From contig JABJES010000052.1 in the NCBI GenBank assembly GCA_018663165.1, positions 1 to 34,740 of the forward strand: a stretch of 34,740 nt of DNA. The letters are read 5' to 3'. Shown here in pieces: positions 1-8,827 of the stretch. Below the pieces are notes generated by a model. The model did no database searches and was not told the origin of the DNA. It saw nothing but the letters and a program-made list of their open reading frames with translations. The position numbers and the translations under genes are program-made. The stretch's first letter is position 1, and the number at the start of each line of letters is the position of its first letter. The stretch comes from Rhodospirillaceae bacterium (lineage in GTDB: Bacteria > Pseudomonadota > Alphaproteobacteria > UBA11136).

Positions 1-598
1 TATCGGCCACATGGATGCGGGAAAAGACCTGACCCGGCTTGACGATCCTTTTCGCCTTGCCGCCACGCACCGTATCGAGCGCGCTACGCCCAGGGCCGTA
101 AATTCCAGCTAAGCGGAAGATATGCACAGCCTGAGCAAAATCGCGCCTCAGGGTGAGCCATGCGGCCTCTGCCGCGCACCGCCGTTCGCCGCGTTGACCG
201 GCCGGACTGAGCTTTGATTCTTCGTCCACCCAGCCCCCCTTGCGGTCGCCGTAAACCCCGGTGGTGGAGAGATAACCCAGCCAGCGCAAATCCTGCGCCG
301 CCGCCAGATTTTGGCCGTGAACATCAAGCACCGGGTCACCGTCCTTATCGGGCGGCACCGAAGAAAGAATATGAGTAGCCGCCCCAATAATCTCTCCCGC
401 CAGGGGGGTTTGGCGGTCGAAGAGGAAGATTTCCACCCCGTCGCTCTCTGCCGCCGTGTCTTCACCGGGACGGCGCGTGCCGATCACCCGCCACCCGGCT
501 TCCAGGCAAACGCGGGCAAGAAACCGTGCCGTGTAGCCGTAGCCAAAGCAGAGCAGGCACGGCCGGGAGGCCGCCGCTTCACCTGCTAAAGAATTCAT
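1..598 (-). CDS. NAD(P)-binding Rossmann-fold (atypical SDR/epimerase-like) protein, 3' end outside window
   Basis: Absent from the ORF track because it runs off the window. Manual minus-strand translation from ATG 598-596 gives MNSLAGEAAASRPCLLCFGYGYTARFLARVCLEAGWRVIGTRR...ILSSVPPD...LGYLSTTGVYGD..GGWVDE...IFRLAGIYGPGRS, with no stop down to position 1. Confidence 0.6.
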   Translation of the reverse strand, partial: MNSLAGEAAASRPCLLCFGYGYTARFLARVCLEAGWRVIGTRRPGEDTAAESDGVEIFLFDRQTPLAGEIIGAATHILSSVPPDKDGDPVLDVHGQNLAAAQDLRWLGYLSTTGVYGDRKGGWVDEESKLSPAGQRGERRCAAEAAWLTLRRDFAQAVHIFRLAGIYGPGRSALDTVRGGKAKRIVKPGQVFSRIHVAD

Positions 599-717
599 AT
601 TTTCTTCTAACTGCGTCATAACTGGAAAGACTTGATCCGACTCTTTATTGTTTACCAACTCGTCTCCACCCTACTGTCTCCACTCTATTGTAGCAGGGAT
701 ATATTCGGAACCATTCC

Positions 718-1521
718 ATGACACGCTTGCTGGCTCTTTTTTTATCTCTTTTCTTCGCCCTTGAGGTCTTCGCTGCTGAGCCTGCTGCTGACCTGCCTCT
801 GGAGGATGAGCCCGAAAACTTTCTCGACGAGGCGCGGCGCTATACCGGCTGTCTGAAACTGGCACGGAAAAACCCGCGCAAGGCTTTCAACAATGCAATC
901 GTCTGGACAAACGAAGAAGAAACCGGCGAGGAATTCCCAGCCCGGCATTGTCTTGCCGCCGCTCTGCTGGCAATGCAGAACTTTTCCGCCGCCGCCCTTC
1001 TACTTGAAGACCTAATCGGCGAAATCGATGACCCGACCCACCCCTTAAAAGCAGAATTGTTGCGTCAGGCGGGCCAAGCCTGGTTACTCGACAACCAGCC
1101 TGAGGACGCGGAAGAGAAATTCACCGCCGCCCTTGTTATTTTGCCGAACGACCCGGATTTGTTCATCGACCGCAGCATCGCCAAGGCCGGACGCCAGGAA
1201 TACTGGCAGGCGCTGGAGGACCTCAACCGGGCGATAGAGCTCGCCCCTGACCAAGTCGAGCCCCTCATTCTGCGCTCCACCACCTATCGACATCTGAACG
1301 GCATCGCCCTTGCCCGCGCCGATATCGACCATGCGTTAAAGCTTTCGCCCAACAATCCCGACGCCCTGTTTGAGCGCGGCATGATCCGTTACATGCAGGA
1401 AGACAAGGAAGGGGCAAAGGAAGACTGGCAAAGCGTTCTGCTTTTCGCGCCCCGCTCGCCACTGGCCCAGGCGGCAAAAAAGAACCTCGAAAAAGTTTCA
1501 AAAGGTTCAGCACCAAAGTAA
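718..1521 (+). CDS. secreted TPR-repeat protein
   Basis: 267-aa ORF starting at ATG 718. Signal-peptide-like N-terminus MTRLLALFLSLFFALEVFAAEP. Repeated TPR-like helical units (AIELAPDQVEPLILRSTTYRHLNG, ALKLSPNNPDALFERGMIRY). Confidence 0.75.
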   Translation: MTRLLALFLSLFFALEVFAAEPAADLPLEDEPENFLDEARRYTGCLKLARKNPRKAFNNAIVWTNEEETGEEFPARHCLAAALLAMQNFSAAALLLEDLIGEIDDPTHPLKAELLRQAGQAWLLDNQPEDAEEKFTAALVILPNDPDLFIDRSIAKAGRQEYWQALEDLNRAIELAPDQVEPLILRSTTYRHLNGIALARADIDHALKLSPNNPDALFERGMIRYMQEDKEGAKEDWQSVLLFAPRSPLAQAAKKNLEKVSKGSAPK

Positions 1522-1549
1522 AGAGAGGCTGGAGAAGGGCGGAGGGGGC

Positions 1550-2218
1550 CTAAAAATCCAGATCGGCGTAATAAGAGGGCGGCGGAAGACCGGGAATGTG
1601 ATCCCCGAGAATGGGACGAAAGCTGGGCCGGGACTTGACCCGCGCGTACCAATCCTTAGCCCCTTCATACGCCTTCCATGGCACGTCACCGATATAATCA
1701 ATGGCCGAAATCTGGGCCGCAGCAGCAATATCAGCCAGTGAAAACTCATCACCGGCGAGATAATTCCGCTCAACCGTCAGATACGCAATGTAATCGAGAT
1801 GGGTCCGCAGGTTCGCACTGCCGGCACGAATCGCCTCTGAATCCGGCGCGCCGAGACCGAGAAACCGCTTCATCACCTTTTCATAGAGCAGATTATCGCT
1901 GACCTCGCGGTCGAACTTGCCGTCAAACCAGGCGACGATCCGACGGATTTCGGCGCGCTCGTATGGGGTGCCGCCAATCAGGGTGGGGGAGGGGTGAACA
2001 TCTTCCAGATATTCGCAAATGGCGTTGCTGTCGGCGAGAACAGTGCCGTCCTCCTCGACCAGAACCGGCACCTTACCGGCCGGATTAAGCGCCAGAAATT
2101 CCTCCCGGCGCTCCCACTCGCGCTCGACCTTCATGTCGTATTCCAGACCCTTTTCGTCGAGGACAAGACGGACCTTGCGGGAAAAGGGCGACAGCCAAAG
2201 ATGATAGAGAGTTCGCAT
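1550..2218 (-). CDS. glutathione S-transferase family protein
   Basis: 222 aa. Thioredoxin-like N-domain (LYHLWLSPFSRKVRLVL, KVPVLVEEDGTVLADSNAICEYLED) and a helical C-domain. ATG at 2218-2216. Confidence 0.85.
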   Translation of the reverse strand: MRTLYHLWLSPFSRKVRLVLDEKGLEYDMKVEREWERREEFLALNPAGKVPVLVEEDGTVLADSNAICEYLEDVHPSPTLIGGTPYERAEIRRIVAWFDGKFDREVSDNLLYEKVMKRFLGLGAPDSEAIRAGSANLRTHLDYIAYLTVERNYLAGDEFSLADIAAAAQISAIDYIGDVPWKAYEGAKDWYARVKSRPSFRPILGDHIPGLPPPSYYADLDF

Positions 2219-2370
2219 GACGGCGCTAATCTAGAGCATATCTTTCCCATACGGAAACTTTTGATGGGAGAACAAGCAGCACCTATTACCAAGATCACGC
2301 GCCATTCCCGACAAAGGCATTGGGCCAGAGCAACCAGGGATGTTATAAGCGATCAAAAGAGGGGGCTTTG

Positions 2371-3180
2371 TTGCCGGTTTTTCATCTCGTTGTTCTCGCT
2401 CTGGTTCAGGGCATCACTGAGTTTCTGCCCATCAGTTCTTCGGCCCATCTCATTTTGGTGCCGCAATTCACTGATTGGCCGGACCAGGGACTGACAATCG
2501 ATATTGCTCTCCACGTTGGAACCCTGCTCGCCGTGATGGTCTATTTCTGGCGTGACGTGTGGATGATGTTTATCGGCTTCTTCAGGATGCTGATCGGCCG
2601 CAAGGGGAAAGACGTCGGCCTTGTAGTCAACATAATGATCGCCACCCTGCCGGTGGTCGCTGGCGGGCTCCTTCTCCACCAGTACGCGGAGGGTGCCTTT
2701 CGCAGCCCCCTCATCATCGCCTGGACGACGCTGATTTTCGGCATACTCCTTTTTGTCACCGACCATTTCACGATGACCGTGCGCAGGATCGAACATATGA
2801 GTTTCGGCAATGCCTTTCTGATCGGCCTGTCCCAGATCCTCTCGCTTCTGCCCGGCACCAGTCGCGCCGGCATTACCATGACAACGGCCCGCGCCCTGGG
2901 CTTTGAGCGCCCCGAAGCCGCCCGGTTCTCGATGCTGCTGTCGATCCCGACGATCATCGGCGCCGGCACCCTGGCCTTTCTCGACCTTACCGAAAGCGGC
3001 AATATCGCCCTTGGCCGCGATGCCTTGATCGTTGGTGCCTTAAGCTTTATCGCCGCCATGTGCACAATCACCGTGATGATGGCCTGGCTGCGGCGAGCAA
3101 GCTTTGCCCCCTTTGCCGCCTATCGGGTGATCCTCGGGCTTGGCCTTCTCTACTGGATTTATTTCAAGGGCGGCATTTAG
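2371..3180 (+). CDS. uppP: undecaprenyl-diphosphate phosphatase (UppP/BacA)
   Basis: The frame is open from 2320. UppP signature motifs GITEFLPISSSAHL and PGTSRAGITMT are present, and the protein is hydrophobic throughout. The start is probably TTG 2368 or 2371, behind AAGAGGGGG. ATG 2320 is not excluded. Confidence 0.88.
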   Translation: MPVFHLVVLALVQGITEFLPISSSAHLILVPQFTDWPDQGLTIDIALHVGTLLAVMVYFWRDVWMMFIGFFRMLIGRKGKDVGLVVNIMIATLPVVAGGLLLHQYAEGAFRSPLIIAWTTLIFGILLFVTDHFTMTVRRIEHMSFGNAFLIGLSQILSLLPGTSRAGITMTTARALGFERPEAARFSMLLSIPTIIGAGTLAFLDLTESGNIALGRDALIVGALSFIAAMCTITVMMAWLRRASFAPFAAYRVILGLGLLYWIYFKGGI

Positions 3181-3185
3181 GCCGC

Positions 3186-3734
3186 CTAGATCTTTCCGTC
3201 CAGTCCCATCTGATAATATTTGTGAACGATCTGCTCCTGGTTCTCCAGCAGCCAGTCGATCGTCGGCTCATGGTTCATCGCCTTCTTGATGGCCAGGGCC
3301 GTAGCCTCACGATGAATCTCGAAAAGCTTCTTGTGGTCCAGATTATCATCCGTCGCAACGGAAGGGTTGAGCCAAACCGAGACGATGATCCCGAGATCAT
3401 TGGCCTTTTCCTTGGGAATATCGCCACAGCGCACGGCGTCGAGCACGCCATTGGCAATCGCCCCCTGCACGGTACCCATCAGAATGTTCGTATAGCGGCT
3501 GTTATCGACGGTGACCTTGCTCACCATCAGAGTTGCTGGCCGCACCATGATGTCGGTGTTGAGAATAGCCAGCACCTTGCTGTGACCCTTGGCCTGATCA
3601 CCAAGCTGGTTGGCAAAGGCGGTACCCACAGGGCCATCAAGTTCGCCGATAATAACTTCCGGTTCGGCAGCCGTTCCAGGCGGCCCACCGGCGACAAGCG
3701 CTTCACCGACGCGCAGGACAATACGTTCGCTCAT
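3186..3734 (-). CDS. formaldehyde-activating enzyme (Fae) family protein, divergent paralogue
   Basis: 182 aa. Alignable by eye along its length to Methylobacterium Fae as I remember it: VGEALV..G, IIG, GP..TAF, GH..LLAI, TLM..KVT. SD AAGGAAA lies upstream of ATG 3734. Confidence 0.7.
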   Translation of the reverse strand: MSERIVLRVGEALVAGGPPGTAAEPEVIIGELDGPVGTAFANQLGDQAKGHSKVLAILNTDIMVRPATLMVSKVTVDNSRYTNILMGTVQGAIANGVLDAVRCGDIPKEKANDLGIIVSVWLNPSVATDDNLDHKKLFEIHREATALAIKKAMNHEPTIDWLLENQEQIVHKYYQMGLDGKI

Positions 3735-3793
3735 GCTGTTTTCCTTACAGGTTAAGTAAAATTAGGCTTCGAATGAGGGGTTTATAGAGGGGT

Positions 3794-4855
3794 TCAGGCT
3801 CGTTTAAAAGAGCCACCCTCACGAAATCGCGCCAAATAGGTCGGCAAGATGATCTCGGCGGCCGCCGGGTCGATCCCCAGATCAGAAAGCTTCAACGCTT
3901 TTTTGCCGACAACATTATCATGATAAAGAAGCCGCACCTGGTCGCGGGTCAGAAGCGGCTTGGGCAGGCATTCAAGAAACAACGCCACCGTGCTCGCCGC
4001 CCACAGAGGCACCGGAGCCAAAAGGCGACGGCGCCCGGTGACGGCCATTAACAGTTCCATCAACGCCTTGAAGGAATAGACCCGTGGCCCGCCCAGCTCA
4101 AACACTTTGCCTTCGGCCTCAAGCGGCTTGCCTGTTTGAACCGATGCAGGATCAATAAGGCCGATGATCGCATCCGCCACATCGCCCACATAGACCGGCT
4201 GAAAAAGCGGTCCGCCGCCACCGTAAATATCCAGGCTTGGCAGGCCGTCCCCCTTGACGGGCCATTCCAGCCGGGGCCGCCCACTGCCGAGCACCGGCAA
4301 GCAGGCGGTAAAGGGAAGCAGGGAGGCAAAGCGGTTGAAAAAATCATCTTCGGGGCCGAAAACAATACTCGGGCGGGCAATACTTGCAGCGGGAAAGGCA
4401 TCCCGGACAGCGGCCTCGCCCTCGGCCTTGGTCCGGGCATAAACGGAAGATGAGACAGGATCGGCACCGACGGCCGAAATCTGAACCAGATGTTTGACCT
4501 TTGCCCTGGCCGAAGCAATGGCCACTTGGCGGGCCCCCGCAACATGGACCGACTCGAAAGTCGCGCGCCGGGAACCAAAACCGGATGGGTTGAGAATGCC
4601 GACCAGATTGACCACGCAATCGGCATCGCGCACCGCCGTTTCCACCGCCACCTGATTGTTGATATCAGCAGCCAGGGGAACGATCTGGCCGACATCGCCG
4701 AAAGGCTTGAGAAACCCAGCCGACAGGGTATCGCGCACGGCCACCCGCACAATGTCGCCTCGCGCCGCAAGACGGCGCACCAAATGACGGCCAATAAACC
4801 CCGAACCACCGAACACCGTCACCTGACGGCGCTGATCTCCTGGCTTGAACGTCAT
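3794..4855 (-). CDS. NAD(P)H-binding SDR, complex I NDUFA9 (39 kDa)-like
   Basis: 353 aa. Rossmann motif VTVFGGSGFIGRHLVRRL. Length and layout are typical of alphaproteobacterial NDUFA9-like epimerase/dehydratase-fold proteins. Confidence 0.8.
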   Translation of the reverse strand: MTFKPGDQRRQVTVFGGSGFIGRHLVRRLAARGDIVRVAVRDTLSAGFLKPFGDVGQIVPLAADINNQVAVETAVRDADCVVNLVGILNPSGFGSRRATFESVHVAGARQVAIASARAKVKHLVQISAVGADPVSSSVYARTKAEGEAAVRDAFPAASIARPSIVFGPEDDFFNRFASLLPFTACLPVLGSGRPRLEWPVKGDGLPSLDIYGGGGPLFQPVYVGDVADAIIGLIDPASVQTGKPLEAEGKVFELGGPRVYSFKALMELLMAVTGRRRLLAPVPLWAASTVALFLECLPKPLLTRDQVRLLYHDNVVGKKALKLSDLGIDPAAAEIILPTYLARFREGGSFKRA

Positions 4856-5043
4856 CTGGAAATTCTCCTCTTAAACCCCGGCCTTAAGCCTGAAAACAGG
4901 GGGATGTGACCTCATCCACCAAGGCGACTTGTCAGGATTATAAGGTCTTATATAGTGAGAGGATACATGGTTCGGTAACATTTACAGGGTAAGGTGGGCA
5001 AGGCTTCGGTAAGAAAGGGCGCTCCAAGGGGGCTCAAGTCCGA

Positions 5044-5072
5044 TTGACTTTGTTCCCTGCGCCCTTTATTGA
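5044..5072 (+). promoter_or_regulatory. candidate sigma70-type promoter for tRNA-Leu
   Basis: TTGACT (5044-5049), a 17-nt spacer, then TATTGA (5067-5072). It ends about 18 nt before the tRNA 5' end. Confidence 0.35.
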
Positions 5073-5089
5073 CGGAACCCGTCCGGAAT

Positions 5090-5176
<87 letters not shown>

Positions 5177-5246
5177 TTCCCGGTATTTTAGCCCCGCCTT
5201 TGATTCCGGTGCCCACCGGACCAAGGCACAAGACAACGAGGTGCTC

Positions 5247-5897
5247 ATGGCCGGAAAAAAATCACCCCCCAAGATTACCGGGCTCCGCACCCTTGAAATC
5301 TATCAGAACGACATTCCCCCTGATCTTGATTTCGGTGACATGGTGGCCATCGACACCGAAACCATGGGGCTCAACCCCCACCGCGACCGGCTCTGCCTGG
5401 TTCAGCTTTCGGGCGGCGACGGCCATTGTCACATTGTTCATTTTCCGCAAAAGAAATACGACGCCCCTAACCTCATAAAACTGCTCGAAAACCCCAATAT
5501 AACCAAGCTTTTCCATTTTGCCCGCTTCGACATTGCCACCTTGAAAAAATATCTCGGGGCGTCCACCTCACCGATTTATTGCACCAAGATCGCCTCCAAG
5601 CTGGTCCGCACCTATACCGACCGCCACGGTCTGAAAAACCTCTGCGATGAGCTTCTCGGAATCGATATCTCCAAACAGCAGCAAAGCTCGGACTGGGGAG
5701 CCAGCGAACTGAAATCCGCCCAGATGACCTATGCCGCAGGCGATGTGCTTTATCTGCATCAATTGCGCCAAAAACTGGAAGAAATGTTAATCCGCGAGGG
5801 ACGCAAGGAACTCGCCGAGGCCTGTTTTGCCTTTCTGCCCGCCCGCGCCGAGCTGGACCTCAAAGGCTGGCCCGAAGAAGATATCTTTTCCCACTGA
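5247..5897 (+). CDS. rnd: ribonuclease D-like 3'-5' exonuclease (short DEDDy form)
   Basis: The track ORF starts at 5127 inside the tRNA. ATG 5247 has GAGG 5 nt upstream. Exonuclease motifs VAIDTETMGL, FHFARFDI and YAAGDVLYLHQL are present. Confidence 0.8.
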   Translation: MAGKKSPPKITGLRTLEIYQNDIPPDLDFGDMVAIDTETMGLNPHRDRLCLVQLSGGDGHCHIVHFPQKKYDAPNLIKLLENPNITKLFHFARFDIATLKKYLGASTSPIYCTKIASKLVRTYTDRHGLKNLCDELLGIDISKQQQSSDWGASELKSAQMTYAAGDVLYLHQLRQKLEEMLIREGRKELAEACFAFLPARAELDLKGWPEEDIFSH

Positions 5898-6041
5898 GAG
5901 ACAGGGTTGACCGGGCCTGTCCCAAACCCCATTTCATTGACCTTAACGCCCGCAAAAGGCATAGTCAGAGGGTCTATTTGGGCAGTTTTTCGGGCGTCAA
6001 CAGTCGCCAGCCGATCTAACTTGGAAACACACCCTGACGAC

Positions 6042-6081
6042 CCGATAACGGGCCGATAACGGGCCGATAACGGGCCGAAAC
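6042..6081. repeat. tandem 11-bp repeat CCGATAACGGG, 3 copies plus a degenerate 4th
   Basis: Perfect copies at 6042-6052, 6053-6063 and 6064-6074, followed by CCGAAAC. The array ends 32 nt upstream of the kdsD ATG. Confidence 0.95.
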
Positions 6082-6112
6082 ATCGCGCATCAGCAAACCG
6101 AGAGCGTATTTT

Positions 6113-7117
6113 ATGAAAGCGCAGCCCAAAACAAGTCCCCAGGCGGAAACCGGAAACATTACTGGAAACAGAGATATTAATTCCGGGCGCCGGGTGCTGG
6201 AAACCGAAGCCGAGGCCCTGGTCGAACTGGCTCGCACCCTTGATACGGCGTTTATCGGGGCGCTTGATATTTTTTCCGCCGTCACCGGCCGCATTACCGT
6301 CACCGGCATGGGGAAGAGCGGCCATGTGGCCCGTAAAATCGCCGCCACCATGGCCAGCACCGGCACCCCGGCACAATTCATCCATCCCGCTGAGGCGAGC
6401 CACGGCGACCTCGGCATGATTACATCGGGTGACGTGATTCTAGCCTTATCGAATTCAGGTGAAACCTCTGAGCTCAACGATATCGTCGCCTATTCACGGC
6501 GCTTCAATATTCCCCTTGTCGCCATCACCGCCGAGAGCAATAGCTCGCTTGCCGAAACATCTGACGTGCTCCTTCTTCTCCCCGCCAACCGTGAAGCCTG
6601 CCCCATGGGGCTGGCCCCGACGACCTCAACCACCCTGATGCTGGCGCTGGGCGATGCACTCGCCATTGCCCTCCTCGAGCGCAAGGGATTTTCCCCTGAT
6701 GATTTTCAGGTTTTCCACCCGCGCGGGCAACTCGGCACCCGACTTCTCAAAGTTGCCGATTTGATGCATGTGGGCAGCGAACTTCCTCTGGTTAAGGCCG
6801 GTGCATTAATGTCCGAGGCCCTGCTGGTCATGACAAACAAACATTTCGGCTGTGCAGGAGTTGTCGATGACAAGGGGTGTCTTCTCGGAATTGTTACCGA
6901 TGGCGACCTTCGCCGCAGTATGAACCCCGACCTGCTCACCCAGAAAACCGAAGCTGTAATGACTGCGGCGCCAAAGACAATTTCTCCCGGCGGTCTTGCC
7001 GCCGAAGCTCTCCAGATTATGAACAACAACAAGATCACGAGCCTTTTTGCCCTCGAAGATAACCGTCCTGTCGGCATCCTTCATATTCATGATTGCCTGC
7101 GGGCGGGGATCGCCTGA
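6113..7117 (+). CDS. kdsD: arabinose-5-phosphate isomerase (KpsF/GutQ/KdsD family)
   Basis: 334 aa. SIS domain (VTGMGKSGHVARKIAATMASTGTPA, ALSNSGET) followed by a tandem CBS pair. Located directly upstream of lptC-lptA-lptB. Confidence 0.9.
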   Translation: MKAQPKTSPQAETGNITGNRDINSGRRVLETEAEALVELARTLDTAFIGALDIFSAVTGRITVTGMGKSGHVARKIAATMASTGTPAQFIHPAEASHGDLGMITSGDVILALSNSGETSELNDIVAYSRRFNIPLVAITAESNSSLAETSDVLLLLPANREACPMGLAPTTSTTLMLALGDALAIALLERKGFSPDDFQVFHPRGQLGTRLLKVADLMHVGSELPLVKAGALMSEALLVMTNKHFGCAGVVDDKGCLLGIVTDGDLRRSMNPDLLTQKTEAVMTAAPKTISPGGLAAEALQIMNNNKITSLFALEDNRPVGILHIHDCLRAGIA

Positions 7118-7145
7118 CCGCGCCCCCGGCTATGGCAGCCAACAC

Positions 7146-7943
7146 ATGACCGAAAGACCAAAGATTCCCATCCCCAAATCCGTTCGTCCAGACACTAACT
7201 GGCAAGAGAGCGCCAGCACGTATCGCCGAGACGAAGGCGATGGACTGCTGCCCCATTTGCCGACGAGCACCGGCGTTTCAAACGCGGGACAACGGGGAAA
7301 CATTCATCCCCTGCCTTCCTCTCTTCAATACCAGCCACCGGAGAAGGCGCATCGCCACTCGCGTTTCATCCGCATGATGAAACTCCTGCTCCCCATCATT
7401 GCCGTCTTTCTCATCGCGCTGGTCATCACCTGGCCGCAAATCAACACGCAAAAGCGATTCAATATTGATATGTCAAAGCTGGATACCGCCGAGAGCCTGC
7501 AGCCGCGCATGGACAACCCGCGATTTACCGGCATTGACGAGGAAAGCCGCCCTTATTCCCTGACCGCAATCACGGCCACCCAAATTGGAGATTCCCCTGA
7601 GCTTATCGCCCTTGAGAACCCCCAGGTCGACATAACCATGACCGATGGCTCCTGGGTCGTGCTGACGGCCAAAAGCGGTGCCTACAGCGAAAACTCCCAT
7701 GTTCTGGGCCTACGCGGGGCGGTAAACCTCTACCACGATACGGGCTATGAATTTCGCACCGAGAGCGCCGACATCGACATTTCCGCCGGCACCGCTTCGG
7801 GCGGCTTGCCGGTTGCAGGCCAAGGCCCCTTCGGCCAGATCAGCGCCCAGGGATTTCTGATCCTCAATAAGGGCGCCCGGATCGTCTTTACCGGAAAAAG
7901 TCACCTCATCATCTATGCACAAGCCCTGGACAGAAAAAAATGA
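7146..7943 (+). CDS. lptC: LPS export protein LptC with long N-terminal cytoplasmic extension
   Basis: Basic motif HRHSRFIRMMK followed by TM segment LLLPIIAVFLIALVITW, then a beta-rich periplasmic domain. The position between kdsD and lptA fits. ATG 7146 is the first start after the kdsD stop. The stop overlaps the lptA start (ATGA). Confidence 0.75.
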   Translation: MTERPKIPIPKSVRPDTNWQESASTYRRDEGDGLLPHLPTSTGVSNAGQRGNIHPLPSSLQYQPPEKAHRHSRFIRMMKLLLPIIAVFLIALVITWPQINTQKRFNIDMSKLDTAESLQPRMDNPRFTGIDEESRPYSLTAITATQIGDSPELIALENPQVDITMTDGSWVVLTAKSGAYSENSHVLGLRGAVNLYHDTGYEFRTESADIDISAGTASGGLPVAGQGPFGQISAQGFLILNKGARIVFTGKSHLIIYAQALDRKK

Positions 7944-8827
7944 CCCTCAAACCGACCCTCGCGACATTCCTGATCATCTTCCTGGCTGTCACCGCCTTTG
8001 GCATGACCGCGCCGGGGGCGGCACAAGGGCTTGACGGCCTGACCAGCGATTCAGAAAAACCCGTCGAGATCTTTGCCGATGACGGGATCGAATGGATACA
8101 GGATAAAAAACAGTATATCGCCAGGGGCAACGCCCAGGCGAAGCGGGATGATGTAACCGTCAACGCCGATGTTCTGACCGCTCATTATCGTGATACCGAT
8201 GCTGGCGGCACCGATATCTGGCGGCTTGATGCCGACGGCAATGTCAAGATCACCAACCCCACCACCACCGCTCGCGGCGACCGCGGTGTCTTTAACATCG
8301 ACAAGGGGATTCTCGTCCTGACCGGCCGCAATCTCAAAATGACCGCCGACGGGAATGTGGTCACCGCACGGGATAGCCTTGAATTCTGGCAGAACAAAAA
8401 AATGGCCGTCGCCCGAGGGGATGCAAAGGTCAACAGTGAGGGCAAAGTCCTGACTGCCGATATCCTCACCGCCTATTTCCACGATGTGGCGGGCAAAGGA
8501 ACAAAAATCCAGCGCCTGGAGGCCTTCGGTAACGTTAAAATCGAGACACCGACAGAAACCGCCACCAGCGATAGGGGTGTTTACGAAATAGAAACCGGTG
8601 TCGCCTCAATATATGGTTCGGTTAAGATTATCCGAGACAAAAACATCCTTACCGGCGAATATGGTCAGGTAAACCTGAACACAGGGGTTAGTCGCCTCCT
8701 CAATGCCACCCCCGGCAGCAAGAATAAGGGGCGTGTCAGGGCTGTTTTCTCACCAAAAAAGAAGCCAAAGACGACGACGAAAGAGAAAACAGAAGAAAAG
8801 AAACAACAGGAAAAACCGACTCCATGA
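7940..8827 (+). CDS. lptA: LPS transport periplasmic protein LptA (OstA-like), internally duplicated, Lys-rich tail
   Basis: 295 aa. Signal peptide MTLKPTLATFLIIFLAVTAFGMTAPGAAQG. OstA-like repeats (ADVLTAHY..., GNVKIT...DRGVFN...LTG). C-terminal KKKPKTTTKEKTEEKKQQEKPTP. Confidence 0.85.
   Translation: MTLKPTLATFLIIFLAVTAFGMTAPGAAQGLDGLTSDSEKPVEIFADDGIEWIQDKKQYIARGNAQAKRDDVTVNADVLTAHYRDTDAGGTDIWRLDADGNVKITNPTTTARGDRGVFNIDKGILVLTGRNLKMTADGNVVTARDSLEFWQNKKMAVARGDAKVNSEGKVLTADILTAYFHDVAGKGTKIQRLEAFGNVKIETPTETATSDRGVYEIETGVASIYGSVKIIRDKNILTGEYGQVNLNTGVSRLLNATPGSKNKGRVRAVFSPKKKPKTTTKEKTEEKKQQEKPTP

Noticed and set aside
4060-4809. Long alternative-frame and antisense ORFs inside confidently assigned genes. 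Examples: 4060-4809, 5759-6403, 15308-16171, 18114-18722, 19552-20129, 22447-23118, 31010-31427.
   Set aside because: Their products are Arg/Pro/Ala/Gly-rich and low-complexity, with no recognisable motifs. Each fully overlaps a gene with clear family signatures. Stop-poor off-frames of this kind are expected in GC-rich DNA.
6042-6081. The short tandem arrays (6042, 12505, 15057, 25969) considered as CRISPR or as mobile-element ends.
   Set aside because: The units are 10-14 bp and head-to-tail, or separated by 13 bp, with no spacers of CRISPR size. There are no cas genes, transposase or terminal inverted repeats nearby.
7047-7145. Upstream extension of the LptC ORF.
   Set aside because: It overlaps the last 70 nt of kdsD in another frame. 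ATG 7146 lies after the kdsD stop and still precedes the conserved basic motif and TM helix.
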